Source: a virus
Direction: 5' to 3' (one strand)
IMG/VR virus record: IMGVR_UViG_3300042878_000903
Span: 1 to 64,000 of that record
Length of the DNA stretch: 64,000 bases
Shown: in pieces, positions 1 to 8,364 of the stretch
How positions within the stretch are numbered: position 1 is the first letter of the stretch
Layout: every line of letters starts with the position of its first letter
Notes under the pieces: generated by a model
What the model saw: only the letters and a program-made list of their open reading frames with translations
What the model was told of the DNA's origin: nothing
Databases searched by the model: none
Made by a program: the position numbers and the translations under genes

Positions 1-219
1 ATGGCTGGACAATTTATAGATACGGTAGCAGAGCACATTACAGGTGCAATGATACAAGAAATTAGCGAAGACCTATTTGAGAATTGGTCTAATGCATGTT
101 TAGATGAAGGCGAAGATTATGCTGAACATGAGTTTATGGAATATGCTTCACCTGAGTTAAAGAAACAATATAATGATTTCTATGGGTATACAGAAAAGGA
201 TGAGTACTACTTATGCTAG
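1..219 (+). CDS. hypothetical acidic phage protein (may extend beyond window start)
   Basis: ORF track; first of six overlapping/abutting + strand ORFs. Confidence 0.6.
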   Translation: MAGQFIDTVAEHITGAMIQEISEDLFENWSNACLDEGEDYAEHEFMEYASPELKKQYNDFYGYTEKDEYYLC

Positions 220-395
220 GTTATACTGAATCTGATCTAAATAGAATGATTAATGCTATACATGACGCAAAGCTTTTTTATCTTAGGACCCCGTCCGATT
301 TAATGGATAAGTCACTCCTAGTTAATGATTTGCTAATGGCCAAGGATTTCCTTGACGGTCTATGGGCGGAGGGTTACTTTGACCACACAAACTAA
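213..395 (+). CDS. hypothetical protein
   Basis: ORF overlaps previous stop; operon-like packing. Confidence 0.65.
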   Translation: MLGYTESDLNRMINAIHDAKLFYLRTPSDLMDKSLLVNDLLMAKDFLDGLWAEGYFDHTN

Positions 396-576
396 GTCAT
401 CTTATTTCTTAGAGTATATGAAGATATATCTAATTAGTCTTAACCAGGACTTAGAGGATAATTATAATGTTCAATCTAAGATTAATATTCAAGGACAAAT
501 TATGGCAACTGAACATTTACTGTCAGTGGCTACTGATATAATGAATAAATCTAACGAAATGGTATATCATGAATAA
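352..576 (+). CDS. hypothetical protein (true start may be downstream)
   Basis: ORF track; packing with neighbours. Confidence 0.55.
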   Translation: MTVYGRRVTLTTQTKSSYFLEYMKIYLISLNQDLEDNYNVQSKINIQGQIMATEHLLSVATDIMNKSNEMVYHE

Positions 577-811
577 TGAAGACATTGGGCTCCCGCCCCA
601 TTTACAACGTATGGTCAATGCTGGAGTATCGGGCCTTGATATCATGCACGGGGAACTAAAAAATCTAATGTTGATTGCTGAGCAGGATTTAACAGATACA
701 GAACCAAGCCATGTGCTGGAAGCAACGGGACGACTAGATACTCTAGTAGCACTGTATAAACTAACATATGATTTATCATTTGCTATAGGAGAAAAGGAAG
801 GGCAAAAATAA
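569..811 (+). CDS. hypothetical protein
   Basis: ORF track; TAATG coupling to next gene. Confidence 0.7.
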   Translation: MNNEDIGLPPHLQRMVNAGVSGLDIMHGELKNLMLIAEQDLTDTEPSHVLEATGRLDTLVALYKLTYDLSFAIGEKEGQK

Positions 812-1041
812 TGTCATACGAGCCAAGTCTAGAAATCCTGGAAATGGAATACTCTTGTTCACCTGGAGGAGTAGATACATTTGAAGTCTATGATAAAACA
901 AATATACTATCTGTTCCACTATATGAGACAGAATCTTTGACGGATGCTGTGCTCTACTGTTATAATTTGGGGAAAGACTTTACTGTCAAAACATTAGCGG
1001 AATGGAATGAGAGGGAGTTAGCATATGAAGCCAGCAGATAA
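811..1041 (+). CDS. hypothetical protein
   Basis: TAATG coupling; purine-rich RBS (AAGGAAGG). Confidence 0.7.
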   Translation: MSYEPSLEILEMEYSCSPGGVDTFEVYDKTNILSVPLYETESLTDAVLYCYNLGKDFTVKTLAEWNERELAYEASR

Positions 1042-1342
1042 AGATAAACTCAACGAATGTTTAAAGATTCTTGATACCACCGACCTTGGTTTATCCATGG
1101 TATGGCTATGGACATGGAGCACAATCAACAACATCCTAGAGGATGAGACCTTCAAGGCTAAGGCAACCAAGGATGAGATGTGGGACCACCTATGCGAGGC
1201 TGTCTCTGCGGGCCAGGGCTTCTCTCTGGAGTACGGGGCGGAACAGCACCACGAAGAAGTACAAGACTGGATGTTAAGCAGGGACTACATTGTAGACACA
1301 ATGTTTGAGGATGATGAAGAGGAGGAAGATGAAGACGAGTGA
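1025..1342 (+). CDS. hypothetical protein with acidic tail
   Basis: GAGGGAG RBS; ORF track. Confidence 0.75.
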   Translation: MKPADKDKLNECLKILDTTDLGLSMVWLWTWSTINNILEDETFKAKATKDEMWDHLCEAVSAGQGFSLEYGAEQHHEEVQDWMLSRDYIVDTMFEDDEEEEDEDE

Positions 1343-1502
1343 CAGATATGTCGATGATCAATTAAGTAAGGCCCAAGCTTTGCTATGGTCTGGATCCTTA
1401 CATGAAGTAGATGAAGCTCATAATATTATATCTAATCTAATTAAAGATAGAATAGAACAAACAGATCTATCATAGGGCAGAAAATATCGCTTACGGCAAC
1501 TA

Positions 1503-1531
1503 TTTACAAATCCGTGGAAAGTTGCTATAAT
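1503..1531 (+). promoter_or_regulatory. sigma70/SigA-type promoter TTTACA-17-TATAAT (TG extended)
   Basis: Direct match upstream of the 1564 ORF. Confidence 0.7.
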
Positions 1532-1563
1532 AAATAAAACACCTCTCGAAAGGGGATTCTCAA

Positions 1564-1713
1564 ATGGCAACAAGGCGTGAATATCTAAAATCACAAGGCA
1601 TTACAGTAGGCGTCCGTGGACGCTTCTCAGGAGCTGCTAAGGTAGCTTTAGATGAGGCATCAAAAAAGGGCATTACATTTACTGCAGAGACACCTGTAAA
1701 GAAAGCTAAGTAG
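1564..1713 (+). CDS. Lsr2-like DNA-binding domain mini-protein, 49 aa (not in ORF track)
   Basis: MATRREYLKSQGITVGVRGRFSGAAKVALDEASKKG resembles the Lsr2 C-terminal R..W...G..V..RGR AT-hook domain; own promoter, GAAAGGGG RBS and terminator. Confidence 0.65.
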   Translation: MATRREYLKSQGITVGVRGRFSGAAKVALDEASKKGITFTAETPVKKAK

Positions 1714-1723
1714 ATCCAGGGAC

Positions 1724-1760
1724 GGGGTCAGGGCTTCGTTGGTCCTTGACCCCTTCTCTT
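1724..1760 (+). terminator. intrinsic terminator hairpin overlapping the next -35
   Basis: GGGGTCAGGG...CCTTGACCCC followed by TTCTCTT. Confidence 0.6.
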
Positions 1761-1774
1761 AATTTTGGTATAAT
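1746..1774 (+). promoter_or_regulatory. promoter TTGACC-17-TATAAT (TG extended)
   Basis: Direct match upstream of the 1801 ORF. Confidence 0.7.
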
Positions 1775-1800
1775 CTAAAGTTATAGTATGAAAGGCGGAT

Positions 1801-2076
1801 ATGGCTAAGGTATCATCAATAGAAACAAAAGCAGCAGATAAGGTATTAGAAGCAATGGATAGTCATTGGTTCAATCCGACTATCATGGCTAGAGAATTAG
1901 TCAATGGTTGTGGATATTATACTCAATCTAAGGTAATGGAACTATGTGTAGAAATTATTAAACAAACGGCGGGACAATTTGATAATGCGTGGGAGGAAGG
2001 ATTTACATCTGATGCATTATTTATGGCACAAAGACTATCAGACTACATAGACAACTTTGAGCCAATACATTCATAG
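1801..2076 (+). CDS. hypothetical protein
   Basis: GAAAGGCGG RBS, promoter; last + strand gene. Confidence 0.75.
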   Translation: MAKVSSIETKAADKVLEAMDSHWFNPTIMARELVNGCGYYTQSKVMELCVEIIKQTAGQFDNAWEEGFTSDALFMAQRLSDYIDNFEPIHS

Positions 2077-2102
2077 ATCAAACTAATCTAATATAGCCCA
2101 AT

Positions 2103-2144
2103 ATATCCACAGGATCTTCCACAGGTCTTGTGGATATCTTTTTA
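2103..2144 (+). terminator. hairpin ATATCCACA...TGTGGATAT plus T-run
   Basis: Inverted repeat just after the last + strand gene. Confidence 0.5.
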
Positions 2145-2153
2145 TGTGTGGGC

Positions 2154-2373
2154 ATGTGGGCCAAATTATCCGTTTACGACCAAGCTAAAAAAATCCCTGA
2201 AATATTCATAAGAATCTATTAGATTAGATATATTATCTATTAAAACATATATTAAATCTAGCATAATATACCCAGAATCTGTCAAAATATTATAACATTT
2301 TGTTATATAAATATGTCGACAATGTGGGCCAAATATGCTATTTACGAAGCTATTGACAATATCCCTGGAATAT
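2154..2373. repeat. two ~50-bp imperfect direct repeats ATGTGGGCCAAAT-N6-TTTACGA..AGCTA..ATCCCTGRAATAT
   Basis: Copies at about 2154-2205 and 2322-2373. Confidence 0.7.
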
Positions 2374-2742
2374 GCTACATGCCTCATATAGAGAATATGC
2401 CCTTTACGACATTACGGTGCATCTCATGGAAACGTTCTATTACATGTATATGTTTAAATAGATATAACTATAGTATATGATATAGAATCTATAGTATATA
2501 TTCTCCACTATACTCCACATTACTCCACTATATAAGCCTTCTAAGGGCTATATGAGACAAGAAAAACGGGAGGGGGATATAGTAGTTAGGAGCTAATATG
2601 TCCTATTTTGTGGAGCTTCAGCAATTGTGTGTATAGCCACAATCTGGACATTTCTCTCCAGGACTTGAATTGCAATCATCACACCAATCTGGAGCATCTT
2701 TCCAAGATTTGCCTAATGGATCTAATTCTTCAGTCATTTGCT

Positions 2743-2934
2743 CTATTTACAGGACATGCAATAGCTTGGAACACGTATATTCTGTTTAGCTATATACTCT
2801 GATCTAGAACACCTAAAACATGTGGCCATAACTGTATCAGGATCTCCCAAATCAGTCCAATTTATCCGTATATCTCTTGTATAGAATACCTTGGTTAAAT
2901 ACCATGTAATGGCTATTAGTGATAGTTCTATCAT
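2743..2934 (-). CDS. small membrane protein with two CxxC pairs
   Basis: Hydrophobic N-terminus; CFRC and CMSC. Confidence 0.6.
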   Translation of the reverse strand: MIELSLIAITWYLTKVFYTRDIRINWTDLGDPDTVMATCFRCSRSEYIAKQNIRVPSYCMSCK

Positions 2935-2938
2935 TGTT

Positions 2939-3055
2939 CTAGCCCCGCCTTTTATTGATCAAGAATACAGCTAAGGTTATGGCTGCAGAAACTGCAAGAA
3001 TTAGTAACATTCTGTTTGAGTGATCATATGGATCTGTATGGGTTAAAAGGTTCAT
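2939..3055 (-). CDS. 38-aa single-TM peptide, leaderless (not in ORF track)
   Basis: MNLLTHTDPYDHSNRMLLILAVSAAITLAVFLINKRRG; ATG 6 nt after the -10 hexamer. Confidence 0.55.
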   Translation of the reverse strand: MNLLTHTDPYDHSNRMLLILAVSAAITLAVFLINKRRG

Positions 3056-3061
3056 ATCTCT

Positions 3062-3118
3062 ATTGTACTATATTTGTCAGGTACTGACAAGGGGGGTTCT
3101 TTCTGCCGCCGCACTTTT
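3062..3118 (-). promoter_or_regulatory. promoter TTGTCA-17-TACAAT with palindrome over -35 and upstream AAAAGTGCGGCGG box
   Basis: Same module repeated at 5336-5386. Confidence 0.7.
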
Positions 3119-3152
3119 CACTTTCTAATCAGCCTATATACTGCAATATTAA

Positions 3153-3794
3153 CTAATTTTCCTTTATATCGTAATAATAGGAGTTTGAATCTTCCGTTAC
3201 CCATTTCTTGTTGTCTTCAACATCCCACTTACGATGATTGATTATTCTTTGGATTACTGGATTTCCGTATTTAGTTGTAAATGATGGTTCAAGAACAAAC
3301 ATTCTATTGTTAGGTTGGATGGCAAAGTTGCCATCATCTCGCTCTATAACGTGACCGCACTTGTGTTGATTAGGGCTCTCTGAGTACCCATCATCTAACC
3401 TGTTAGAGTCTGGGTTATGCCAGTCAAGGGTAAATAAATACTTACCATTTACCTTGGTCTTATTTCTGTCCACATAATGAAGACTTAAATTAGCTAGGTT
3501 ACTAAACTTGGTAGCAGTTATATATGGACTTAAAGAGTTCCACAATACTAAGTTGTATAGACTTTCTTCTGGCACACCTGGCTTTGTACAGAAGGCATTG
3601 AGAGGCATACGCCACCACAGGCCACCATCTTCCATCATAAAATGAAATAGTGGGCTTCTATTCTGTACGCTACTTACTCCAAATATTACGCAAGGGAAGT
3701 ACTTATCATGGCTGTCTTCTTGGTTACGCAAAAAATTGCCACGTACATAGCATTCAATCGGTGGTATATTTGCGTTTAATTCTGGCATCTGCAA
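3153..3794 (-). CDS. hypothetical phage protein
   Basis: 213-aa ORF, GGATGG RBS; no motif recognised. Confidence 0.7.
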   Translation of the reverse strand: MQMPELNANIPPIECYVRGNFLRNQEDSHDKYFPCVIFGVSSVQNRSPLFHFMMEDGGLWWRMPLNAFCTKPGVPEESLYNLVLWNSLSPYITATKFSNLANLSLHYVDRNKTKVNGKYLFTLDWHNPDSNRLDDGYSESPNQHKCGHVIERDDGNFAIQPNNRMFVLEPSFTTKYGNPVIQRIINHRKWDVEDNKKWVTEDSNSYYYDIKEN

Positions 3795-3804
3795 CCCATC
3801 CTTA

Positions 3805-4359
3805 CTAATACACTCTTAAATTTGAAACACTTTTTAATGTTTCCCATTTATAAAATCTTACAACTGCATATCTAGTACCTGAAGTAACTTCATTGACTTT
3901 ATGAGAATATATATAGTTAGATGGGAATATTAAAGTATCCCCAGCCTTTGGCTTATATATTTTATTAAACCAGACATACTCTAAGTCTCCCCCAGAATAA
4001 TCGTTGTTTAAATACATTATGATGGAAACTGTTCTTGGATTTTCACAATCTTCATCTAGATGTGTTTTAAAATGTTGGCCTTCGCCATACCTAACAAGCT
4101 GCCACTGCTCAGGCATTAGTCCACGAATACCATATTTATTGCAATATTCATCTAAATTTTTATTAATAGAAGATTCTAATATTTTTTCAATTTGTATAAT
4201 GCTCTCATCTTTTGATCCTTCTTTGATAAAATAAAGACCTACATCTCTTGGGCCACCAAGCTCCATGTATTCAAGGTTTTTCATTAAACCCATAAGCGTA
4301 TCAATTTCTTCAACTGAATTTTTGTATATAGCAACACCTGGGAAAAGTTCTTCAGACAT
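3805..4359 (-). CDS. 2OG-Fe(II) oxygenase (prolyl-4-hydroxylase-like)
   Basis: HxD (HLD), YLNNDYSGG, HxV...GxRY. Confidence 0.85.
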   Translation of the reverse strand: MSEELFPGVAIYKNSVEEIDTLMGLMKNLEYMELGGPRDVGLYFIKEGSKDESIIQIEKILESSINKNLDEYCNKYGIRGLMPEQWQLVRYGEGQHFKTHLDEDCENPRTVSIIMYLNNDYSGGDLEYVWFNKIYKPKAGDTLIFPSNYIYSHKVNEVTSGTRYAVVRFYKWETLKSVSNLRVY

Positions 4360-4756
4360 CTTTTTCTTCCTTAAAACTTAGGCTTCCTTCAGATTCAACC
4401 TTAAATCCATTTTCTCTATCAAATAAAACGTAGTCTAAAGTATCTACTTCAAAAGTATCTTTAAATAAAGATATTACCTTGTCTAGTTCTAATTGGCCAC
4501 AAGTGTAGAGATCAAATTGTATTAGTCCTGGTCTGACTTCATCCCATATGTGGAAAGCTATATGGCTAGTCTCTATCATAACTACGCCTGTTAACCCTCT
4601 GTTGCCCTTTACGTTTACATATGAGGCAAATGGTCCTTTGATAATCTTCATGTCAATTTTTTCAACTAGGTTGGTAAGGAATGCAATTCCCTGAGCCTCT
4701 GACATTACTGAGTTGTGTACTTTAGCATTTACTAATAAGTGTTTATGGTATATCAT
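4352..4756 (-). CDS. speD: S-adenosylmethionine decarboxylase proenzyme-like
   Basis: HLL..A; GLTG...IETSHIAFHIW; DLYTCG. Confidence 0.8.
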   Translation of the reverse strand: MIYHKHLLVNAKVHNSVMSEAQGIAFLTNLVEKIDMKIIKGPFASYVNVKGNRGLTGVVMIETSHIAFHIWDEVRPGLIQFDLYTCGQLELDKVISLFKDTFEVDTLDYVLFDRENGFKVESEGSLSFKEEKDV

Positions 4757-4901
4757 CTAAGTGGTCCCCTAAATGGAATTATTTTACTTCTTGGACCACC
4801 CCTGTGGCCCATATCAAAATCTTTTAGTTCGTCATACCCGTAGCCAGATTGATTTAGATCAGGTTGGGTATCGGTTATATTATCTTTATTTGAACACATC
4901 A

Positions 4902-5144
4902 TTACTCTACATTAGTCCAATATCTTTTATGACCCGCCACTATGTCTTTAACCTGCCGACCCTGATCTTGTGTAACAGGTTTTACTGAGGCCGCACTTCC
5001 AATTGCCCCCATTTTTCTAGGTTTTATTTTGGGATTTTTAAAGTTAACTATTTGAATTTTTTCTGGCCATAAGCCAGCTGCTTTCATTTCTCTTTCCCAT
5101 TTATTAAGTTGGTGTGAGCTTGGGAATTTATTATTTTTATTCAT
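4902..5144 (-). CDS. basic hypothetical protein
   Basis: ORF track; TAATG coupling. Confidence 0.55.
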   Translation of the reverse strand: MNKNNKFPSSHQLNKWEREMKAAGLWPEKIQIVNFKNPKIKPRKMGAIGSAASVKPVTQDQGRQVKDIVAGHKRYWTNVE

Positions 5145-5329
5145 TATTCAAAATCTCTCTGTGTCTCAAATAGGGCTTCAGGTGAAGGAATCGGACCTTC
5201 ATTGTCGGTTTCGGAAACCGCTCTACGACCATTATAGGAACCTGAACTGTCCCGTTCATTATCTATGCAGTGACAATTAGAGCAGGCTACTTGCCCGTCT
5301 AGGTCTAGTTCAAACTTATGGTCATGCAT
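5144..5329 (-). CDS. small His/Cys protein, leaderless
   Basis: HxH...CxxC; ATG 6 nt after TATAAT. Confidence 0.65.
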   Translation of the reverse strand: MHDHKFELDLDGQVACSNCHCIDNERDSSGSYNGRRAVSETDNEGPIPSPEALFETQRDFE

Positions 5330-5335
5330 GTAATA

Positions 5336-5386
5336 ATTATAGTATATATGACAGGTACTGTCAATACCCTCTACCGCCGCACTTTT
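5336..5386 (-). promoter_or_regulatory. perfect promoter TTGACA-17-TATAAT with palindrome over -35 and AAAAGTGCGGCGG box
   Basis: Direct consensus match. Confidence 0.8.
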
Positions 5387-5392
5387 TTTGCA

Positions 5393-6043
5393 CTATATGG
5401 AGCCTGGAATTTTATTCATGTATGTAATATCCGTAGATATTCTTTTGCCACCTATAACCTCTTTAACAGCATGAGTTACATTTGAATCAAATATCATTAC
5501 CTGACCAGCTGAAGGCTTTATTGTAATATCATTATCGGTGTTAGTTTTGTGTTCACTGTTACCTAAACTTTGCTGAAAATTTATCTCAGTTTTATTTTCT
5601 TCATCAATAAAAGTAATTTCTCCACCTTCAAAGTCTGAAGACAAATAAAGAACAATACTTACTGATGGCACCATAACTTTCCCATCTTCTGAATCCCAAG
5701 AATCAGTATGGTGTCCTATGCTTGCACCAATATCATAAGTTTTAATCCAATAGGCTGGTTTACTCATAACATAGTTATTCATATCTAGCCCAAAATGATT
5801 AGTGTAAAATTTCATTGAATTTACCATTACTGGATGAATTTTTTCAAATATCTTATTAGATATCTCTATGCCTTCACTAGATTCTACTTCTATAAATGAT
5901 ATTATAGTGTGTGAACCAAGCCTACTGGAGCCCGTTGGTAATTCTTTTGATTTACAAAGATCTAGTATATAATTGATGTCTTCTTGAGATAGACAATTGT
6001 CTAAATAAAGACCATAATCTTTTATTTCCCGAACTATATTCAC
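5393..6043 (-). CDS. 2OG-Fe(II) oxygenase
   Basis: HTD, YLSSDFEGG, HAV...GKR. Confidence 0.85.
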   Translation of the reverse strand: MNIVREIKDYGLYLDNCLSQEDINYILDLCKSKELPTGSSRLGSHTIISFIEVESSEGIEISNKIFEKIHPVMVNSMKFYTNHFGLDMNNYVMSKPAYWIKTYDIGASIGHHTDSWDSEDGKVMVPSVSIVLYLSSDFEGGEITFIDEENKTEINFQQSLGNSEHKTNTDNDITIKPSAGQVMIFDSNVTHAVKEVIGGKRISTDITYMNKIPGSI

Positions 6044-6618
6044 TACGATCTGAATGAATCTTCAGACGGAAACTCTACATCAGAACTAATATTAATAAAT
6101 TTACATATTTTGCTACCGATTTCTGGATCAGAAAGTTCGACCTCTAAATAATTTTCTTTGTCTTTAAAAAAAGCATTTATTTTATTTAAATGCATTTCTC
6201 TTATTGTTAAAAGCTCATTTTCTGTTAAATCTTGAATTTTTGTTTTTCCAGTATTTAAATAAAAATTGCAATAAGCTTCCTCAAAAATATAAGGATCGTT
6301 TTCATGAGCCCACTTGCTACTTATTTTTCGCATTGATAAAATCCATTCTTCAGCGGGCCTAGTTATATTAATATATTTTGCTTCAGGGAATCTTTCATAC
6401 AATTTATCAAATATTAAACAATTTGGAATATCTGAATACACATCTGTTTCTTTTAAGGAATTAAAATGTTTTTCTATACCATAAGAATTTTCTTCAAATG
6501 AACCAAGCGCTAATGAATCATAATGGTAAAAATGTGTTGTGGTAAAACCAAGTTTTTGCATAAATCGATTAAAAGATTGTGTTCCATTTCTACCTAAACC
6601 TACAGAAAGTATTTTCAT
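6043..6618 (-). CDS. sulfotransferase family protein (P-loop, Sulfotransfer_4-like)
   Basis: VGLGRNGTQS PAPS-binding loop; D.P; FPEAKYI..TR..EEW..S. Confidence 0.75.
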   Translation of the reverse strand: MKILSVGLGRNGTQSFNRFMQKLGFTTTHFYHYDSLALGSFEENSYGIEKHFNSLKETDVYSDIPNCLIFDKLYERFPEAKYINITRPAEEWILSMRKISSKWAHENDPYIFEEAYCNFYLNTGKTKIQDLTENELLTIREMHLNKINAFFKDKENYLEVELSDPEIGSKICKFINISSDVEFPSEDSFRS

Positions 6619-6908
6619 TACGAGTTCCTAGGGATTAGTGTTTGAGGGCCTTCTGTGCCGAATAGAGACTTCTTTACTGGTACGCAGTTAGGAACTCTTT
6701 TGCCATTCTTATCCTTCATTCCAACCTGCTTGTAACCGCTCCAGCAAGCTTTTTCTAGGTTATCCCAGTTATCTTCTTCTTCGTTGTCTGATTCGTAACC
6801 CTTTGAGATCTCTTCATCTGTAAGATCTTCTGGCTTAGGATCAATTGATTTTGACAGGCTATCTTGCAGCATGTCCTTGATCTCGTCTACAATCTTGTTT
6901 AATTCCAT
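6618..6908 (-). CDS. hypothetical protein with CWxGY...GKRVPNCVP motif, leaderless
   Basis: Motif; TGGTATACT 6 nt before ATG. Confidence 0.7.
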   Translation of the reverse strand: MELNKIVDEIKDMLQDSLSKSIDPKPEDLTDEEISKGYESDNEEEDNWDNLEKACWSGYKQVGMKDKNGKRVPNCVPVKKSLFGTEGPQTLIPRNS

Positions 6909-6912
6909 AGTC

Positions 6913-7086
6913 TTAGTATACCATTCCTTTATTTTCTGTCCTAATGATTCTTTTGATCTGATAGCAACAATCAGGGCATTCTCCTATATGAAGCCATTTA
7001 CCTGACTCTAAGGATACTATTTCATTTAGCTTTCCGACCACATTCTTTTTGCATATAATACAATAAGCATTAACTTTTATTGTCAT
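6913..7086 (-). CDS. 57-aa zinc-ribbon protein (DUF5679-like; not in ORF track)
   Basis: AYCIICK...GECPDC. Confidence 0.55.
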   Translation of the reverse strand: MTIKVNAYCIICKKNVVGKLNEIVSLESGKWLHIGECPDCCYQIKRIIRTENKGMVY

Positions 7087-7348
7087 CTGCTTCTCTGAGC
7101 CATTGATCTTCCCATAAACCCATTAAAGATTTGTTTCCAATATCATCAAAGTAATACTTATTTTTTTCTGGGCTGTATGTCCATCCGTACCAAGTGTCTC
7201 CTTCAGACCAAGTTAGATTAGTTGGCCCTTCATTTTCTGCTTCTTTTAGCATAGCAAAGAGCTCGTCATTTTCCCTGACCACCTCCGAAATTGCTTCTCT
7301 AAAACGTTTAGGACGCATAAGGTATTTTTCTACTAAAAATTTAATCAT
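7070..7348 (-). CDS. hypothetical protein
   Basis: ORF track. Confidence 0.65.
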   Translation of the reverse strand: MIKFLVEKYLMRPKRFREAISEVVRENDELFAMLKEAENEGPTNLTWSEGDTWYGWTYSPEKNKYYFDDIGNKSLMGLWEDQWLREADDNKS

Positions 7349-7351
7349 TAC

Positions 7352-7810
7352 TTAAGATAAAATCTGTGCAATGAATCCATCAATTTGTTCTGGAGTTGTT
7401 TGCGGCCCCATAGATCTAAATTGATCATCAATAAGAAACTTAGTAAAGTTCCATGGCACTTCATCAAAATCTGCCTGTGAGACTAAATACTTAAATAGCG
7501 GGTGTGCATCTGGGCCATTGACATCAATTTTTGTAGACATCAGAAAATCTACTCCATATGTTGTGCTACAAAATTCTTTAATGTCTTCGTCTGATCCTGG
7601 CTCTTGTCCGCCAAACTGATTGCATGGAAATCCGATTACAACCAAACCCTTGTCCGCATACTTCTTGTGCAGTGCTTGAAGCCCCTCGTATTGAGGTGTC
7701 ATTCCACATCGACTAGCAACATTAACAAGAAGCAATAACTTTCCCTTAAACTGTGCTAAATCTATTTCATTACCATTGTTATCTGTAAAGCTATAATTAA
7801 ATGCTGACAT
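7352..7810 (-). CDS. gpx: Cys-type glutathione/thioredoxin peroxidase
   Basis: NVASRCG, GFPCNQFG, WNFTKFL signatures. Confidence 0.93.
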   Translation of the reverse strand: MSAFNYSFTDNNGNEIDLAQFKGKLLLLVNVASRCGMTPQYEGLQALHKKYADKGLVVIGFPCNQFGGQEPGSDEDIKEFCSTTYGVDFLMSTKIDVNGPDAHPLFKYLVSQADFDEVPWNFTKFLIDDQFRSMGPQTTPEQIDGFIAQILS

Positions 7811-7857
7811 GTTAATCCTTTCAGGTAAAAGCAGAATCGCTTTATGTATTAATAATA

Positions 7858-8094
7858 CTATTTTGTAAGGTGTTTGTCAAGGGTGTACCTGTCTGAATCC
7901 ATTATAATTTCATAATAAAGCATGTCTGGTATATTATGTCCCGCCTTTAAATGATCCTCTATGTGTATAAATAGATGCTCGTCGTCTTTTATTATTTCAG
8001 ATTCCTCAGACAACAGGCAAGCTGCACAATAAACATAACCCTCTACATGCGAATATATGTATATATCGCTGTCAAAGAACCTGCTGTAAGCCAC
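7858..8094 (-). CDS. hypothetical protein (CxxC...HxxxH)
   Basis: ORF track. Confidence 0.65.
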   Translation of the reverse strand: MAYSRFFDSDIYIYSHVEGYVYCAACLLSEESEIIKDDEHLFIHIEDHLKAGHNIPDMLYYEIIMDSDRYTLDKHLTK

Positions 8095-8095
8095 T

Positions 8096-8221
8096 TTATC
8101 CCATGTACTTTAAATGGAAATGCTTGTCACACACGTCTATTACTTTACCAGTTTTTGGTTCTGGCTCTGAATATTTACTGTCTTGCGGACAGTAAAAGCA
8201 TGGAGGTATGTTGCTGTTCAT
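8096..8221 (-). CDS. 41-aa zinc-finger-like peptide, leaderless (not in ORF track)
   Basis: CFYC...CDKH; TGGTATAAT 6 nt before ATG. Confidence 0.6.
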   Translation of the reverse strand: MNSNIPPCFYCPQDSKYSEPEPKTGKVIDVCDKHFHLKYMG

Positions 8222-8238
8222 ATATATATTATACCAGA

Positions 8239-8364
8239 TTAAAGGGTTGCTTCAATTAGCTTAGCGCACCTATTGCATGTGTCATAGGATTTACCAGTAA
8301 ACGGGCATGCGCCAGCTTTAATTAAAATATGACCTTTAATTAAACAAATTATTTTTTTAATCAT
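8239..8364 (-). CDS. 41-aa Cys/His peptide (not in ORF track)
   Basis: MIKKIICLIKGH...CPFTG...CNRC; overlaps upstream stop. Confidence 0.55.
   Translation of the reverse strand: MIKKIICLIKGHILIKAGACPFTGKSYDTCNRCAKLIEATL

Noticed and set aside
2166-2802. ORFs 2166-2387 (-) and 2608-2802 (+)
   Set aside because: No clear RBS or leaderless promoter, low-information composition, overlap with repeats; treated as non-coding
7352-7810. Selenocysteine GPx
   Set aside because: Active-site codon is Cys (TGT); no in-frame TGA
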